From Chiloscyllium plagiosum (taxonomy: Eukaryota): a stretch of DNA of 64,000 nt. This document shows positions 51,830 to 64,000 of this stretch, piece after piece. The notes beneath the pieces were generated by a model. That model saw nothing but the letters and a program-made list of their open reading frames with translations, was not told where the DNA came from and searched no databases. A program made the translations under genes and the position numbers. Location: assembly GCF_004010195.1 (NCBI RefSeq), contig NC_057711.1, positions 140,749,601 to 140,813,600 of the forward strand, read 5' to 3'. Every line of letters begins with the position of its first letter. The stretch's first letter is position 1.

Positions 51830-52115
51830 CGGGTGGCACGGTGGCTCAGTGGTTAGCACTGCTGCCTCACAGTACCAGGGCCCCAGGTTCAATTCCAGCC
51901 TTGGCCAACTGTCTATGTGGAGTTTGCACATTCTCCCCGTGTGTGTGTGGGTTTCCTACTACAGTCAGGTGAATTAGTCATGCTAAATTGCCCATAGTGT
52001 TAGGTGCATTAGTCCGAGAGAAGTGGGTCTGGTTGGGTTACTCTTTGGAGGGTTGGTGTGGACTGGTAGAGCCGTAGGGCCTGTTTCCACACTGTAGGGA
52101 ATCTAATCAAATCTA
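51830..52115 (+). mobile_element. HE1-type SINE
   Basis: gggtggcacggtggctcagtggttagcactgctgcctcacag head. Confidence 0.8.
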
Positions 52116-53266
52116 AAAACAGATTGAGGGTGGCCCAATAGCTCAAGCAGTTAAGTGCCTGACTCACAACCAAATGTCAGCCCAAATCTTGAGACTGGCT
52201 GTCATTCACATTGCTCTGTCTAAATTATCAGATCGTTGACTTGAACCCTGGACTGTGTGGAAATATTCTATTTGAAGAGAAGGGAAAAGGGAGATTGTTT
52301 GGTTTGTTACACTTCAATTAAAATTGTAGAAAAGTGGTCATAAGAATCACCAATGAGGATTATGATTAAATCTCAATCTTGAATATCTGCTCACAACTCT
52401 TCACACCAAATTTAAAGAACAAGAAGAGAAAAAAAGAGAAGATAAGGCAAATAAATAAGTTTTACCAAAATCTGTTAAATGCTCAGTGCTTGCAAAATAT
52501 TATGTAATGCCAAAATGTCAGCAAGAAAGGAATCCAATATTCTATTAACAAAAGCATTACTGATTAAACAAATTGAACTTTTAAAATGCTGCACTTTGAA
52601 ACTATGTGTGTCAATCCCATGATATATAAACAGTGGGATGATACAACACAACTGAGATATCAGGCACACTGATTGCTTGGTTGAATTGCAAAATCCTCCA
52701 ATCTGTTGTTGGCTTAAACTTACACCTATTTAATTTTCTATATATGCTTAAGAGTATTAGCTGTAGCACAAATAGATTCAAAGAGGGAAAATCTAACTTC
52801 CAAGAGCAAATGGGTTTTGATCATGTAGGATGTTAAATGTGGGAATCACAGGGATCATGCAAGAACAAAAGTAGATAGGCAGAACCTTGTGGACTTGTAA
52901 AATTCCGATAAGTTGTGAGCATTTCCAGGTCCCAATTTGTTTGGGTTTGCATTGTTCCAGCATAGGAGCTCTTCTACATGGTGGTCAATTAGTAGACTAC
53001 CTCCATTTCACCATCAAAGTGATGGTGGAACAGGGAAGCATGTGGGCCAACAAAAATATCTACCTGGCAAACCCAGCTGATGATAATCTATGATCAGTCA
53101 GATTCCAGCATGTAACCTGGCTTGTTTGACCATACGATTCAATTTTGCAATTTGATTACCAATGTGCTGAGTCACTGATCATTTACATGTGATGCTGCTA
53201 ATATGCTTTTAGTAAAATAAATAGGTTTTTACATAAAGGAAAGAAAGATCTATTTATATTTTTTTT

Positions 53267-53573
53267 TAGATTAGATTACAGTGTGGAAACAGGCCCTTCG
53301 GCCCAACAAGTCCACACCGACCCGCCAAAGCGAAACCCACCCATACCCCTACATTTACCCCTTACCTAACACTACGGGCAATTTAGTATGGCCAATTCAC
53401 CTAACCTGCACATCTTTGGACTGTGGGAGGAAACCGGAGCACCCGGAGGAAACCCACGCAGACACGGGGAGAACGTGCAAACTCCACACAGTCAGTCGCC
53501 TGAGTCGGGAATTGAACCCGGGTCTCTGGCGCTGCGAGGCAGCAGTGCTAACCACTGTGCCACCGTGCCGCCC
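53267..53573 (-). mobile_element. HE1-type SINE (young copy)
   Basis: Highly similar to 21197-21518, with CpGs retained. Confidence 0.85.
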
Positions 53574-53869
53574 ACAAATATGACAATTATGAAAGATCTG
53601 ACCAAAGGCAACAAGAAAAACATTTTCCCCAGCAATATCTTCCACCATCCCCGTGAAGTATCCTTCCTATTTTGACTTTAAAATGTTTTACTCAACTGAC
53701 ATGTTCATAAATTGTTCTTCTCCCTGAGACACATTTCAATGAATTCTAAGAAAATAAACTTATGGCTGCTAAAACAACATAATAATTCTTTCCATCTCTG
53801 ATGGCCTGAAGACTGACAAAATAAATTACTCCTCTGCTAGAATGAAGCTATTCTTCTGAACTCAGTAGA

Positions 53870-54905
53870 AGAGGGTTGTTTTTCAGACTGGAGGCCTGTG
53901 ACCAGTGCAGTGCCACAAGGATCGGTGCTGGGTCCTCTACTTTTCATCATTTATATAAATGATTTGGATGCGAGCAGATGAGGTATAGTTAGTAAGTTTG
54001 CAGATGACACCAAAATTGGAGGTGTAGTGGACAGCGAAGGTTACCTCAAATTACAACAGGATCTTGACCAGATGGGCCAATGGGCTGAGGAGTGGCAGAT
54101 AGAGTTTAATTCAGATAAATGCGAGGTGCTGCATTTTGAGAAAGCAAATCTTAGCAGGACTTATATACTTAATGGTAAGGTCCTAGAGAGTGTTGCTGAA
54201 CAAAGAGACCTTGGAGTGCAGGTTCATAGCTCTTTGAAAGTGGAGTAGCAGGTAGATAGGATAGTGAAGAAGGCGTTTGGTATGCTTTCTTTTATTGGTC
54301 AGAGTATTGAGTACAGGAGTTGGGACGTTATGTTGCGGCTGTACAGGACATTGGTTAGGCCATTGTTGAAATATTGCGTGCAATTCTGGTCTCCTTCCTA
54401 TCATAAAGGTGTTGTGAAACTTGAAAGGGTTCAGAAAAGATTTACAATCATGTTGGCAGGGTTGGAGGATTTGAGCTATGGGGAGAGGCTGAACAGGTTG
54501 GGGCTGTTTTCCTTGGAGCGTCAGAGGTTGAAGGGTGACCTTATAGAGGTTTACAAAATTATGAGGGGCATGGATAGAATAAATAGACAAAGTCTTTTCC
54601 CTGGGCTGGGGGAGTCCAGAACTAGAGAGCATAGATTTAGGGTGAGAGGGGAAAGATATAAAAGGGACCTAAGAGGCAACTTTTTCACACTGAAGGTGGT
54701 ATGTGTATGGATTGAGCTGCCAGAGGAAGTGGTGGAGGCTGGTACAATTGCAACATTTAAGAGGCATTTGGATGGGTATATGAATAGGAAGGGTTTGGAG
54801 GGCCGGGTGCTGGCAGGTGAGACTAGATTGGGTTGGAATATCTGGTTGGCATGGACGGGTTGGACCGAAGGGTCTGTTTCCATACTGTGCATCCCTATGA
54901 CTCTA
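53870..54905 (+). mobile_element. CR1 LINE 3' fragment
   Basis: [19 protein letters not shown] and LYRTLVRPLLKYCVQFWSP motifs. Confidence 0.92.
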
Positions 54906-56129
54906 TCTGTCTCTGTATATATCATAAAAGTTTCACTTAGAAATATTTATGCATTATCTTCCCAGGTAGATTGCTAGTCATTTAAACTGGAACATGCTTT
55001 CATAGGAGAGCTTTTTTGAACTCCAATTAAAAGTTACTTCTTGACCATCTCGAAACCAGTATCAGAAATTCAATTAACATGGCAAAACTTCCCAAGGCAC
55101 GTTATAGAAGCACTACCAAACAAAATTTGGCATGAAGCATGAAGATTTATTAAGGCAGGTTACAATTGTTTAAGTCAAGGAGTTGGGTTTTATGGAGCCT
55201 CTTAAAAAGTGTACCGGTTTATGGGGTGGGATTTCCACAAAGTACAGCTTCGGCAGCTGAAGGAATGGCTACTAAAGATGGAATAATTGAAATCCATGAT
55301 TTTCGAGAACCCAGAATTGGAGGAGTGCAGATCAGAGTTGTAAGGTTGATATAAGTTAGAGACATGGACGCATGAAGATAGAGGGATTTGAAAACAAGAT
55401 TGCGAATTTTAAAATCCAGGTGTTATTCAACCAGGAACCAACACAGATCAGTGAGCACAGAGACAGTGGATGAACTAGAGTTTGCATGAGTTAAGATACA
55501 GGTAGTAAAATGTTTGAAATAAAAACATAAAGTGCTAAAGAAATGCGGCAAGTCTGGCAACATCTGTGGTGTGAGAAGTAGAGTTAATGTTTCAAGTCTA
55601 ATGTGAACCTTCCTTGGAAACACTCTCATGATGAGCAATTTACACTTAGCATAGGACTTAGTTGTATCCCTTTAAAGTCTTTGATGGGCTCAAGTTTAGG
55701 GGCTGAAGATGGGATACCACATAGGAATGTATTAGAAAGTTGCACCTAAAAGTAACTAATGTATGAATTCAAGTTTCAGTAGCAGATAAGCTAAAACATT
55801 ATAGATGTCCAAGTAGACATTCTTCATGAAGGCACAAATGTGTTTTTGGAAGCTCATCTTTGGATTAACTATAACAACAAGGTTATAAAGAGGGTGCAGA
55901 TTTAGAGTAGCTTTTCCTCAGTGCACATTCAATGGGTCAAGGAGTCTCTTCTGTACTATATGAATCTATGATTCTGAAAGTATTCTTTTAATTCCACTTT
56001 CCAGCACTTGGTCAATAGCTTTGAATGTTAATGCATGTAAAGTGCTCGTCCAAATACTTTCCAAATGTTGAGGTTATCCACCTCAAATATTCTCCCAAGC
56101 ACTGAATTCCAGATTCCCACCACCCTCAT

Positions 56130-56435
56130 GGGTGGCACGGCTGCCTCACAGCACCAGGGACCCAGGTTCAATTCAACCTCAGGCAACTGTCTGTATGGAG
56201 TTTGCACATTTTCCCCATGTCTGCATGGGTTTCTTCGGGTGCTCCAGTTTCCTCCCACAATCCAAAGATATGCGGGCTAGGTGAATTGGCCATGCTAAAT
56301 TGCCCATAGTGTTCAGGGATGTTTAGGTTACGTGTTAATATAGGGTAGGGGAATGGATCAGGGTGGGTTACTCTTCGAAGGGTCAGTGTGGACTTGTTGG
56401 GCTGAAGGGCCTGTTTCCACACTGTAGGAACTCTA
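56130..56435 (+). mobile_element. HE1-type SINE
   Basis: Same family, with a deletion across the A box. Confidence 0.75.
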
Positions 56436-58159
56436 AGTTTTCACCCCCAAATCTCCTCCAAGCCTCCTGCCCTTCACTCTAAAATTATGCAATCCACCCC
56501 CCATGCCTCATTGTTAATCCTTACTGATCATTATTGAAGAACAGATGCTTTCTATGCATCCTATCCATGACCCTCTTAATCTTATACACCTTAATCAGGT
56601 CCTCTTATGGGCTTCTCTGCTCCAATGAAAATAACCCATTGGTCACAAATTTTCAAGCTGGTCAAAAGTTTGCGACAGTAAATGAAATTTATAAACATAC
56701 ATTAAATCCAATTGTAGGTGTGGCCAAGTTTGAAATAAACTGCCAAATATTTTGACCTGAGCTGATTAGTTGGACAAGGTAGTGTCTTGATGTTTTAGAC
56801 AATTCATGATCTCAGAACATTTTCCAACTACTGCTTTCTGGTGAATTAGATGGAGCTGCTTGTCAGATTTGTAAAGAGATCACAGTTTAAGAGAGATGCT
56901 TCCTTCAGTTATCCAGAAAAGAAAATGACTGTATTCTTCATGAAGAAAACACATCCAAAAGTGCTTTGATGAAATATTTTTGAAATCTTGTCACAATTGT
57001 AATATAGGAAATAATTTGCACACAGCAAGGTACACTGAGGTAATTACCAAATAATGTTGTTTGGGTGGTGTTGTTGTGAGCTAAGTATTGGCCATGAGAA
57101 TAAGAAGAATTCCAAACTTTTCCTCAAATAGTGCCTTGGGATCTTTCACATCCACTTCAGAGAGCACTCAGGGCCTTGGCTTAAGATTTTTTCCAAAAGC
57201 TTAATTTATAAAGCTTTAATTAAGTACATAGAACATAGAACATTACAGCGCAGTACAGGCCCTTCAGCCCTCGATGTTGCGCTGCCCTGTCTTACTAATC
57301 TGAAGCCCATCCATCTACACTATTCCATTTGCATCCATATGCCTGTCCAATGAAGACTTAAATGAACTTAAACTTGGCGAATCTACTACCATTGCAGGCA
57401 ATGCATTCCATATCCAGTGCCTGGCACGAACCAACATTGGTGGCATACTGTGGAGAAAGGGAAAATTTTGTGACCACCAGCAAGTCTCAATATCACTGTG
57501 GTAATACCCACTGTCCAGTGAGCTACTCAACTTTCTGCTACCCTATAAGAACTTGAGCAGTCACGTGCTATCAGGAGCTTGGGGCATTAAATGCCTTGTT
57601 AACAAATTAATATGCCAGCTGAGTAACTGAAGATGTTGACAATGGAAAACAGTGGTGCCTGAGGTTGCAAAGTATAAGAATTAAGGTATTGTTAATGCTT
57701 ATCACTGTGATTTGTAAATCAAGAGTCAGTATCATCCACTGTAGGGTAAACTTTATAATCCTATCATTGCTATATCCAGTTACTTGTGTTGGATTATGTA
57801 CTATTCAAGTTATCTGTTGTCAAATTGTCTAACCAATATGAGTGTTGACTCACATTTTGAATAATTTGTTCAGTATGTAGTCTCAATGAGAGAAGCCACT
57901 AAACTCCATTAAATGTACATGAGCTAACAATACAGTTGAACTGCACCAGCAAAGTCACTCATTCAATTGTAACCCTTAAGTTAAAGAAGTAGGATTTTGC
58001 ATTGTAGAATGATTTTCCAGAGTCAGTCAGTATTTGTGAATTAATTACAACTGCTAGCTATAACAAGCTTTTTAACTTCTCAATGTTATTGAATAAAACA
58101 AAGTAGTCACTAGCATTAGAGATACCAGTCTTCAACAATTTTGACATTCTCCTTGTGAT

Positions 58160-59665
58160 ATCAACAAACTGACAGAGGCAGTGGATGCAGCAAAGTCTGT
58201 GGGCCCTGACAAACATTCTGGCAATAGTACTGAAGACTTGTGCTCCAGAACTTACCGCTCCCCTAGTTCTTTCAGTATAGTTACAATACTGGTTTCCACC
58301 CAACAATGTGGAAAATTGCCCAGGTATATTATGTACACAGAAAGCAGGATATTTTCAATCCAGCCAATTACTGGCCTATTAGTCTACTGTTGATCATCAG
58401 TAAAGTGATAGAAGATGTCATCAACAGTGCTTTAAAGCAGCACCTGCTCAGCAATAGCCTGCTCAGTGATGCCCAGTTTGGATTCTGCCAGGGCCACTCT
58501 GCTCCTGACCTCATTAACAGGCTTAGTTCAAACATGGACAAAAGAGCTGAATTACAGAGGGGAAGTGAGAGTGACAGTCTTTGGCATCAAAGAGCTGAGC
58601 AAAACTGTAATCAATGGGTATCGGGGCAAACTCTCTGGTGGTTAGAGTCATACCTAGCACTTAGGATGATGGTTATGGTTGTAGGAGGTCAGTCATCTCA
58701 GCTCCTGGGCCATCTCTGCAGGAGTTGCTCTCCTAACCCCAATCATTTTCAACTGCTTCATCAAAGACCTTCCATCCATCATAAGGAGATATTCAGTGAT
58801 GATTGCTCAATTGCACCGTCACAACACTTCAGATACCAAAGCAGCCCATGTTCAATTGCGACAAAATCTGGACAATTTCCAAACTTGGGCTGACATGTGG
58901 CAACTAACATTCGGACCACACAAAAGCCAGGCAATGATCATCTCTGAAAAGAAACACACTAATCACCTTGACATTCAATGGTGTTACCATCACTGAATCC
59001 TCCTCTATCAACATCCCTGGAGTTACTATTGATCAGAAACTCAACTGAAATCACCATATAAACACAGTGGCTGCAAGAGCAGGTCACAGCCTAGAAATAC
59101 TGTGGCAAGTAACTTACCTTCTGACTCCCCAAAGCCTGTTGATCATCTACAAAAGACAAGTCAGGAGTGTGATGGAAATCTCCCACTTGCCTAGATGGGC
59201 GTGGCTCTAACAACATTCCAGACGCTTGACACCATCCACGACCACGCAGTCTGGATTGCTTGATTGGCACCACGCCAAAAGCATCCATTCCCTCCATCAC
59301 CAAAGCTCAATAACAGCAGTGTGCACTGTCTACAAGATGCCCTGCAGAAATTCAACAGAGATCCTTAGACAGCACCTTCCAAACCCACAACCACTTCCAT
59401 CTAGAAGAACAAGGACAGCAGATGCAGAGGAGCATCAACACATGCAAGTTTCCCTTCAAGCCACTCACCATCGTGATGTGGAAATACCCACTGTTGCTGG
59501 GTCAAAATCCTGCCCCTCAGGGCATTGTGTGTCAACCTATAGCATATGGACTAAAGTGGTTCAAGAAGGAATCTCACCACCACCTTCTCATGGGCAACGA
59601 GGGTACAGGCAATAAACACTGGCCAACTAGCAATGCCCATGTCTCACAAGTAAGAAAGAAAAGAA
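58160..59665 (+). mobile_element. Same CR1/L2-group LINE family, 3' half
   Basis: NPANYWPISLLLIISKVIE, DAQFGFCQGHSAPDL and SDDC motifs; tail gggcaac...aataaacactggcc. Further pieces at 19680-20660 and 21940-22190. Confidence 0.8.
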
Positions 59666-60067
59666 AGGTTAAGGAACCAAAGTTAGTCCTTCTTAGATGA
59701 TAAGAAGATAGAGAAAATAATGAAACAAATATAAGGTGACTGATGCATACCAGAGCCAGGCCAAATACAATAACATGAATGAAATAGTGAGAAGGAAAAT
59801 ATGACTGGCAAAGAGATATGTGAAATAGAATGCAATTAACATAAATGGGAACCCAAATATCATCTACCATGTAAATAGTGAAGAGGTAATAAGAGATGAG
59901 AAGGGGTCAGAAGTGGAACCCTTGGGTCACACTAAAAAAATCAAGAACTAGGGAAATAGAAGGTCAGTATAAATGTAAACACACATAGCAACCACCAGAG
60001 CTAATAACTTCTCAGAAGCAAGACAACTACACAGGGTGTTAATGTCATTACAAATAATGGAACGCAG

Positions 60068-60190
60068 GTAAAAACAAGGACTGCAGATGTTGGAAACCAG
60101 ATTCTAGATTAGAGTGGTGCTGGAAAAGCACAGCAGTTCAGGCAGTAGGGAAATCGACGTTTCGGACAAAAGCCCTTCATCAATAAAACC
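60068..60190 (-). mobile_element. Penelope-like pLTR fragment with hammerhead-like core
   Basis: Minus strand reads TTGATGAAGGGCTTTTGTCCGAAACGTCG plus the tail. Similar pLTR fragments lie at 5337-5413, 26787-26880 and 63950-63970. Confidence 0.7.
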
Positions 60191-60844
60191 ATGCACGCAG
60201 GCAGGTGCACCCTACCTTGTGCGACAATGGGAAGACAATACCTCGAGCTAATAGTTAAACTTGAATAATAATTTCAGTTAAATGAGATTAAACAACTAGT
60301 TGGTAGTTAGAACAGTCCATGTCAGTAGAGTAAAACTGAGGAAAGAATTCCAGGCATATTCAGGGTCCACATAAAACCAGTGTATCCAGTAGTAGTAGGC
60401 TAAATAACCCATATGTACCCAGCCATGATATGCTGAATAACTGTAACAAATCAAGCAACTAGGCTGAGTAAATGTAGACTGTATAAAACCTTATATCCAT
60501 CATTGTTCAGAAAGAGCAATTGTAGAGAGCTCAGCAGGGGCTGACTGGAGGCTGAACTCTCCCATGCGCATTAATTAAACTGCTTGAATTCAAAACTCAA
60601 CAAACAGTGTCAAGGTCTTTTTTCAATATCCACTACATCTTTGGGAAGAAAGAGGTGCTAAATAAATACTAAGAGATGCAGAGCATGACTAGAATACTTA
60701 ATAACTACTTTGTATCAGTGTTTACTGGGAGAAAAAGGATGCTAAGAAAATATCATTAGAAATAGCAATGGTAGAGATAATGATAGGATGAAAGTTAAGA
60801 GGCTGGATTTACTGAAAAGGGATGTACCGAATTAATTGAAAATT

Positions 60845-61186
60845 GGGGTAGCATGGTGATGTGGTTAATGGTTAGTGCTGCTACATCACAGCACCAGGCA
60901 CCTGGGTTCAATTCCAGTCTTGGGAAACTGTGTGGAGTTTGCACATTCTTCCCACGTCTGAGTAGGTTTCCTCCCACAGTCCAAAGCTTTGCAGGTTATG
61001 TGGATTAGCTATGATAAATTGTCTGTAGTGTCCAGCACTGTGCGGGCCAGGTGGATTAGCCATTGGAATGCAGAGTCCGAAGGATAGGATAGGATAGGGG
61101 ACTAAATCTGGTTGGGATGCTCTTTGGAGAACCAAAATGGACTTGATGGACTGAATGGACTGCTTCCACATTGTAGGGATTCTATG
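60845..61186 (+). mobile_element. HE1-type SINE, older copy
   Basis: Diverged match to the same family. Confidence 0.7.
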
Positions 61187-62195
61187 AAATGGTAGAGATA
61201 AATGTGAAAGGGTTTGTCGTAATCTTCCAATCATGCATAGATATAGGAGAGGTACCTAAGGAGTGGAGAGCAGCAAATATGCCACCCTTACTCAAGAACT
61301 GGCAGTAAATTCTACCCTATGCTGATACATAAGAACTTGGAGCAGGACTAGGCCATCTGGCCCTTTGTGCCTGCTCTGCCATTCAATACGATCATGGCTG
61401 ATCTTTTCGTGGCCTCAGTTCCACTTACCCACCCTCTCACTATAACCCTTAATTCCTTTACTGTTCAAAAAGATATCTATCTTAGCTTTGAAAGCATTTA
61501 CTGAGGAAGCCTCAACTACTTCACTGGGCAGGGAATACATAGATTCACAAACCTTTGGGTGAAGAAGTTCCTTCTTAATCCAGTCCTAAATCTGCTCCTC
61601 CTAATTTTGAGGCTATGCCCTCTTATCCTAGTTTCACTCGCCAATGGAAACAATCTCTCTACTTCTATCTTATCTATTCCCTTCATAATTTTATGTTTCT
61701 CTAAGACTCCCCCCTCATTCCTCTAAATTCCAATGAATATGGCACCTAAGGGTGCAGGACTCCTCTTTACTGCACTGAAGCAAGGCTGACGCCTCCTTCA
61801 GGCTTTGGGACAGAGGCGAGCCAGAATGGTTCTGTATGGGGTGAAACAGCATTAATAAACTCATAAAGAAAATCAAACATGGCATTAAACAGGGACCTTC
61901 TGCTAAGCCTGTTTTCCATTACCAAGGAAACTAGCTTCACCCCTCATATGTTTCACCCACTTTGTGTTTTTTTTAATTAAAACACTTTTCATGGAATGAA
62001 TGATGCTGAATTTGGAAGTAAGAGGTCGGAGGGGGGTGATGGAGGTGCTTCTATTTGACCCTGGTTCACCAAGAGCCTATTTGTCACACAGAGCTGCTTG
62101 TCCAGACAGTATCCAGGGTGGACTGGCTAAATCAAACATTCTTCCACATCCGGCAGAGAGTTTCCTCCACATCCAAACACGTCAGCTACTGTGGA

Positions 62196-62893
62196 GAAAC
62201 GTTGATTCTCCTGCTCCTCGGATGCAGCCTGGCCTGTTGTGCTTTTCCAGCACCACACTCTTGATTCCAACCTCATCTACTGTGTCCATTGCTCTCGATG
62301 TGATCTCCTCTACATTGGGGAGGTAGAATGCCAACTTGTGGAACGTTTCAGAGAACACCTCCAGGACACATGCACCAAACAACCCCACTGCCCTGTGGCC
62401 CACCACTTCAACTCCCCCTCCCACTCCACCAAGGACATGCAAATCCTGGGCCTCCTCCACCACCAAATCCTAGCCATCTGATGCCTGCAGGAAGAACGCT
62501 TCATCTTCTGCTTTGGGAGCCGGCACCCACACATCAACGTGGATTTCACCAGTTTCTTCATCTCTCCTCTCCCTACCTCATCCCAGATCTAACCCTCCAA
62601 ATGGTCACCGCCCTCTTGAAATGTCCTACCTGTCCATCTTCCTTTTCACCTATCCTCCACACTCTGCTCCATCCTGTTACCATCACCGCCTCACGGCCTT
62701 CCCAACTACTTTCCCCTCCAGCCCTACCCATATCCCTATTTATCACCCAGCCCCTTCCCCCCAATATTCCTGATTTGGGGTTTATACCTGAAACGTCGGC
62801 TCTCCTGCTCCTTGGATGCTGTCTGACCTGCTGTGCTTTTCCAGCCCCACACTTGATCGACTCTGATCGCCAGCATCTGCAGTCCTCACTTTC
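62196..62893 (+). mobile_element. Penelope-like element with direct partial pLTRs flanking a GIY-YIG remnant
   Basis: SNLIYCVHCSRCDLLYIGE...LVERFREHL...CPVAHHFNSPSH; pLTR sequence repeated at 62196-62265 and 62790-62893. Confidence 0.85.
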
Positions 62894-62999
62894 AACATTG
62901 GTCAGAATGGGAGCCTCCCCTTGTTTGAATGAACTGTAAAGCCCCGTTAAGAGGTCTCAAAGTCCCTGTTTGATTTGGCAGCACTTTAAGCAGGCAGGC

Positions 63000-63160
63000 A
63001 TGTGGCTTCGGGGCTTCAGCCGCGGCATCCTGACAGAGCTGAGCCGAGCTGCGACCAGTGAAGCGGGGCACACCATGCAGAGGAACCGGCCCCTGGCGAA
63101 GGTGTTTGTGAGCCGGCGGGTCCCACAGGAAGCGCTGAACCTGCTCCGAGACTCGGGCAT
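63000..63160 (+). CDS. GRHPR: Glyoxylate/hydroxypyruvate reductase (GRHPR-like), coding exon 1 (ATG at 63000 or 63075)
   Basis: MQRNRPLAKVFVSRRVPQEALNLLRDSG resembles the GRHPR N-terminus (KVFVTRRIP). CpG-rich context, CACCATG Kozak at 63075, phase-2 donor AT|gtgagt at 63161. Which paralog this is remains uncertain. Confidence 0.82.
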
Positions 63161-64000
63161 GTGAGTGTTTTCATTACTACAGGATTCCTGGTCCAGAAAA
63201 AAAATGTCAATGCCACTTATTTATTCAGATACTTTATAACCTTCATTGGTCAACTCTAACCTAACTCGCCAGCTACCTTATACTTAGGCTGTAAAAATTG
63301 AAATAGTTTAAATTAGGAGACATCCTTGGTACAGAGCAGGTGTTGATCAGCAGAGCAAGATACCCCAGCCCCTCAGTTCCAGAAAGCAAAGAACATTGGA
63401 GAGATCAAGATTGATTGCGTCTTTAAATTAAAGTTGTTTATTTGCTTTCTCATAAAGAAAATTGAAAGAATTCTTTTCCTTACCTGGGATGACTCTTCCC
63501 TAATCTCGAAGTTATTAACTATTAGAATTCTAATGGGCCATCTATTGCAGCAAAATTTAAATGTGCTAGAATATACAGCGAGTGTTTACATGGGTCAGGG
63601 AAGAGAAAGATCGTTTTGAAATGTTTAGGCGCTACTATCTCCCGCGGTAACTCAATCCAACATAAATCTGTTAGAGAAATGTTTGCAGCGCAGTTTCAGT
63701 TGAGCGAAGTCGGCTCACAGATGTAATTAGACATAGGGACATGCACGATCCCCGTGGAAAGGGTGTCTCAGGCTAGTTAGAGTCCGTTAGAAAACGGAGT
63801 CTTACAAACTGAATAGTGATGGCGTGCTGTAGTTATCAACACGATATCTAGAAAACTAGCCAGAACTCCTAACCCTGATCGTTGTTCAATGACCCTCTGC
63901 CGTGATATACCTGATGTCAAATAGTGTGGTCAATGGAGGGAAGGTTGATAAGACCCTTCATCAGGTCTGGGGACAAGGAAGGGAGCACATAAGTAATTAG

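Noticed and set aside
39460-63000. Bidirectional promoter shared by the ZBTB and GRHPR-like genes
   Set aside because: The genes are divergent but about 24 kb apart with separate CpG-rich regions.
1-64000. CRISPR arrays, rRNA or operon-like prokaryotic systems
   Set aside because: No regularly spaced direct repeats or rRNA-like sequence were seen; the window is intron-containing vertebrate DNA.

Overview
Eukaryotic vertebrate DNA, inferred to be elasmobranch (shark) from HE1-type SINEs, CR1 LINEs and Deu-domain SINEs. The window is repeat-dense and has two assembly gaps (35055-35554, 42800-42845). Two host genes are supported. (1) A minus-strand multi-exon BTB/POZ-C2H2 zinc-finger gene with a CpG-rich 5' region near 39 kb and coding exons at 37986-36890, 31472-31346, 30394-30286 and 18863-18390, plus one frameshifted zinc-finger exon at 31715-31649. 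(2) Exon 1 of a plus-strand GRHPR-like gene at about 63.0-63.16 kb with a possible N-terminal extension. Between them lies a decayed class I (gamma/epsilon-like) endogenous retrovirus (integrase + env, probable LTR) interrupted by a rearranged Tx1/L1 element. The most striking pattern is a set of Penelope-like (GIY-YIG) insertions from several families. Many form fold-back inverted repeats, are flanked by 11-21 bp target-site duplications and carry minimal hammerhead-ribozyme cores; one has captured an L1 fragment in its loop and one is nested inside another. A LINE whose 5' end is the same tRNA-headed module as a co-resident SINE is also present. All calls come from reading the sequence by eye; repeat boundaries are approximate and no database searches were run.
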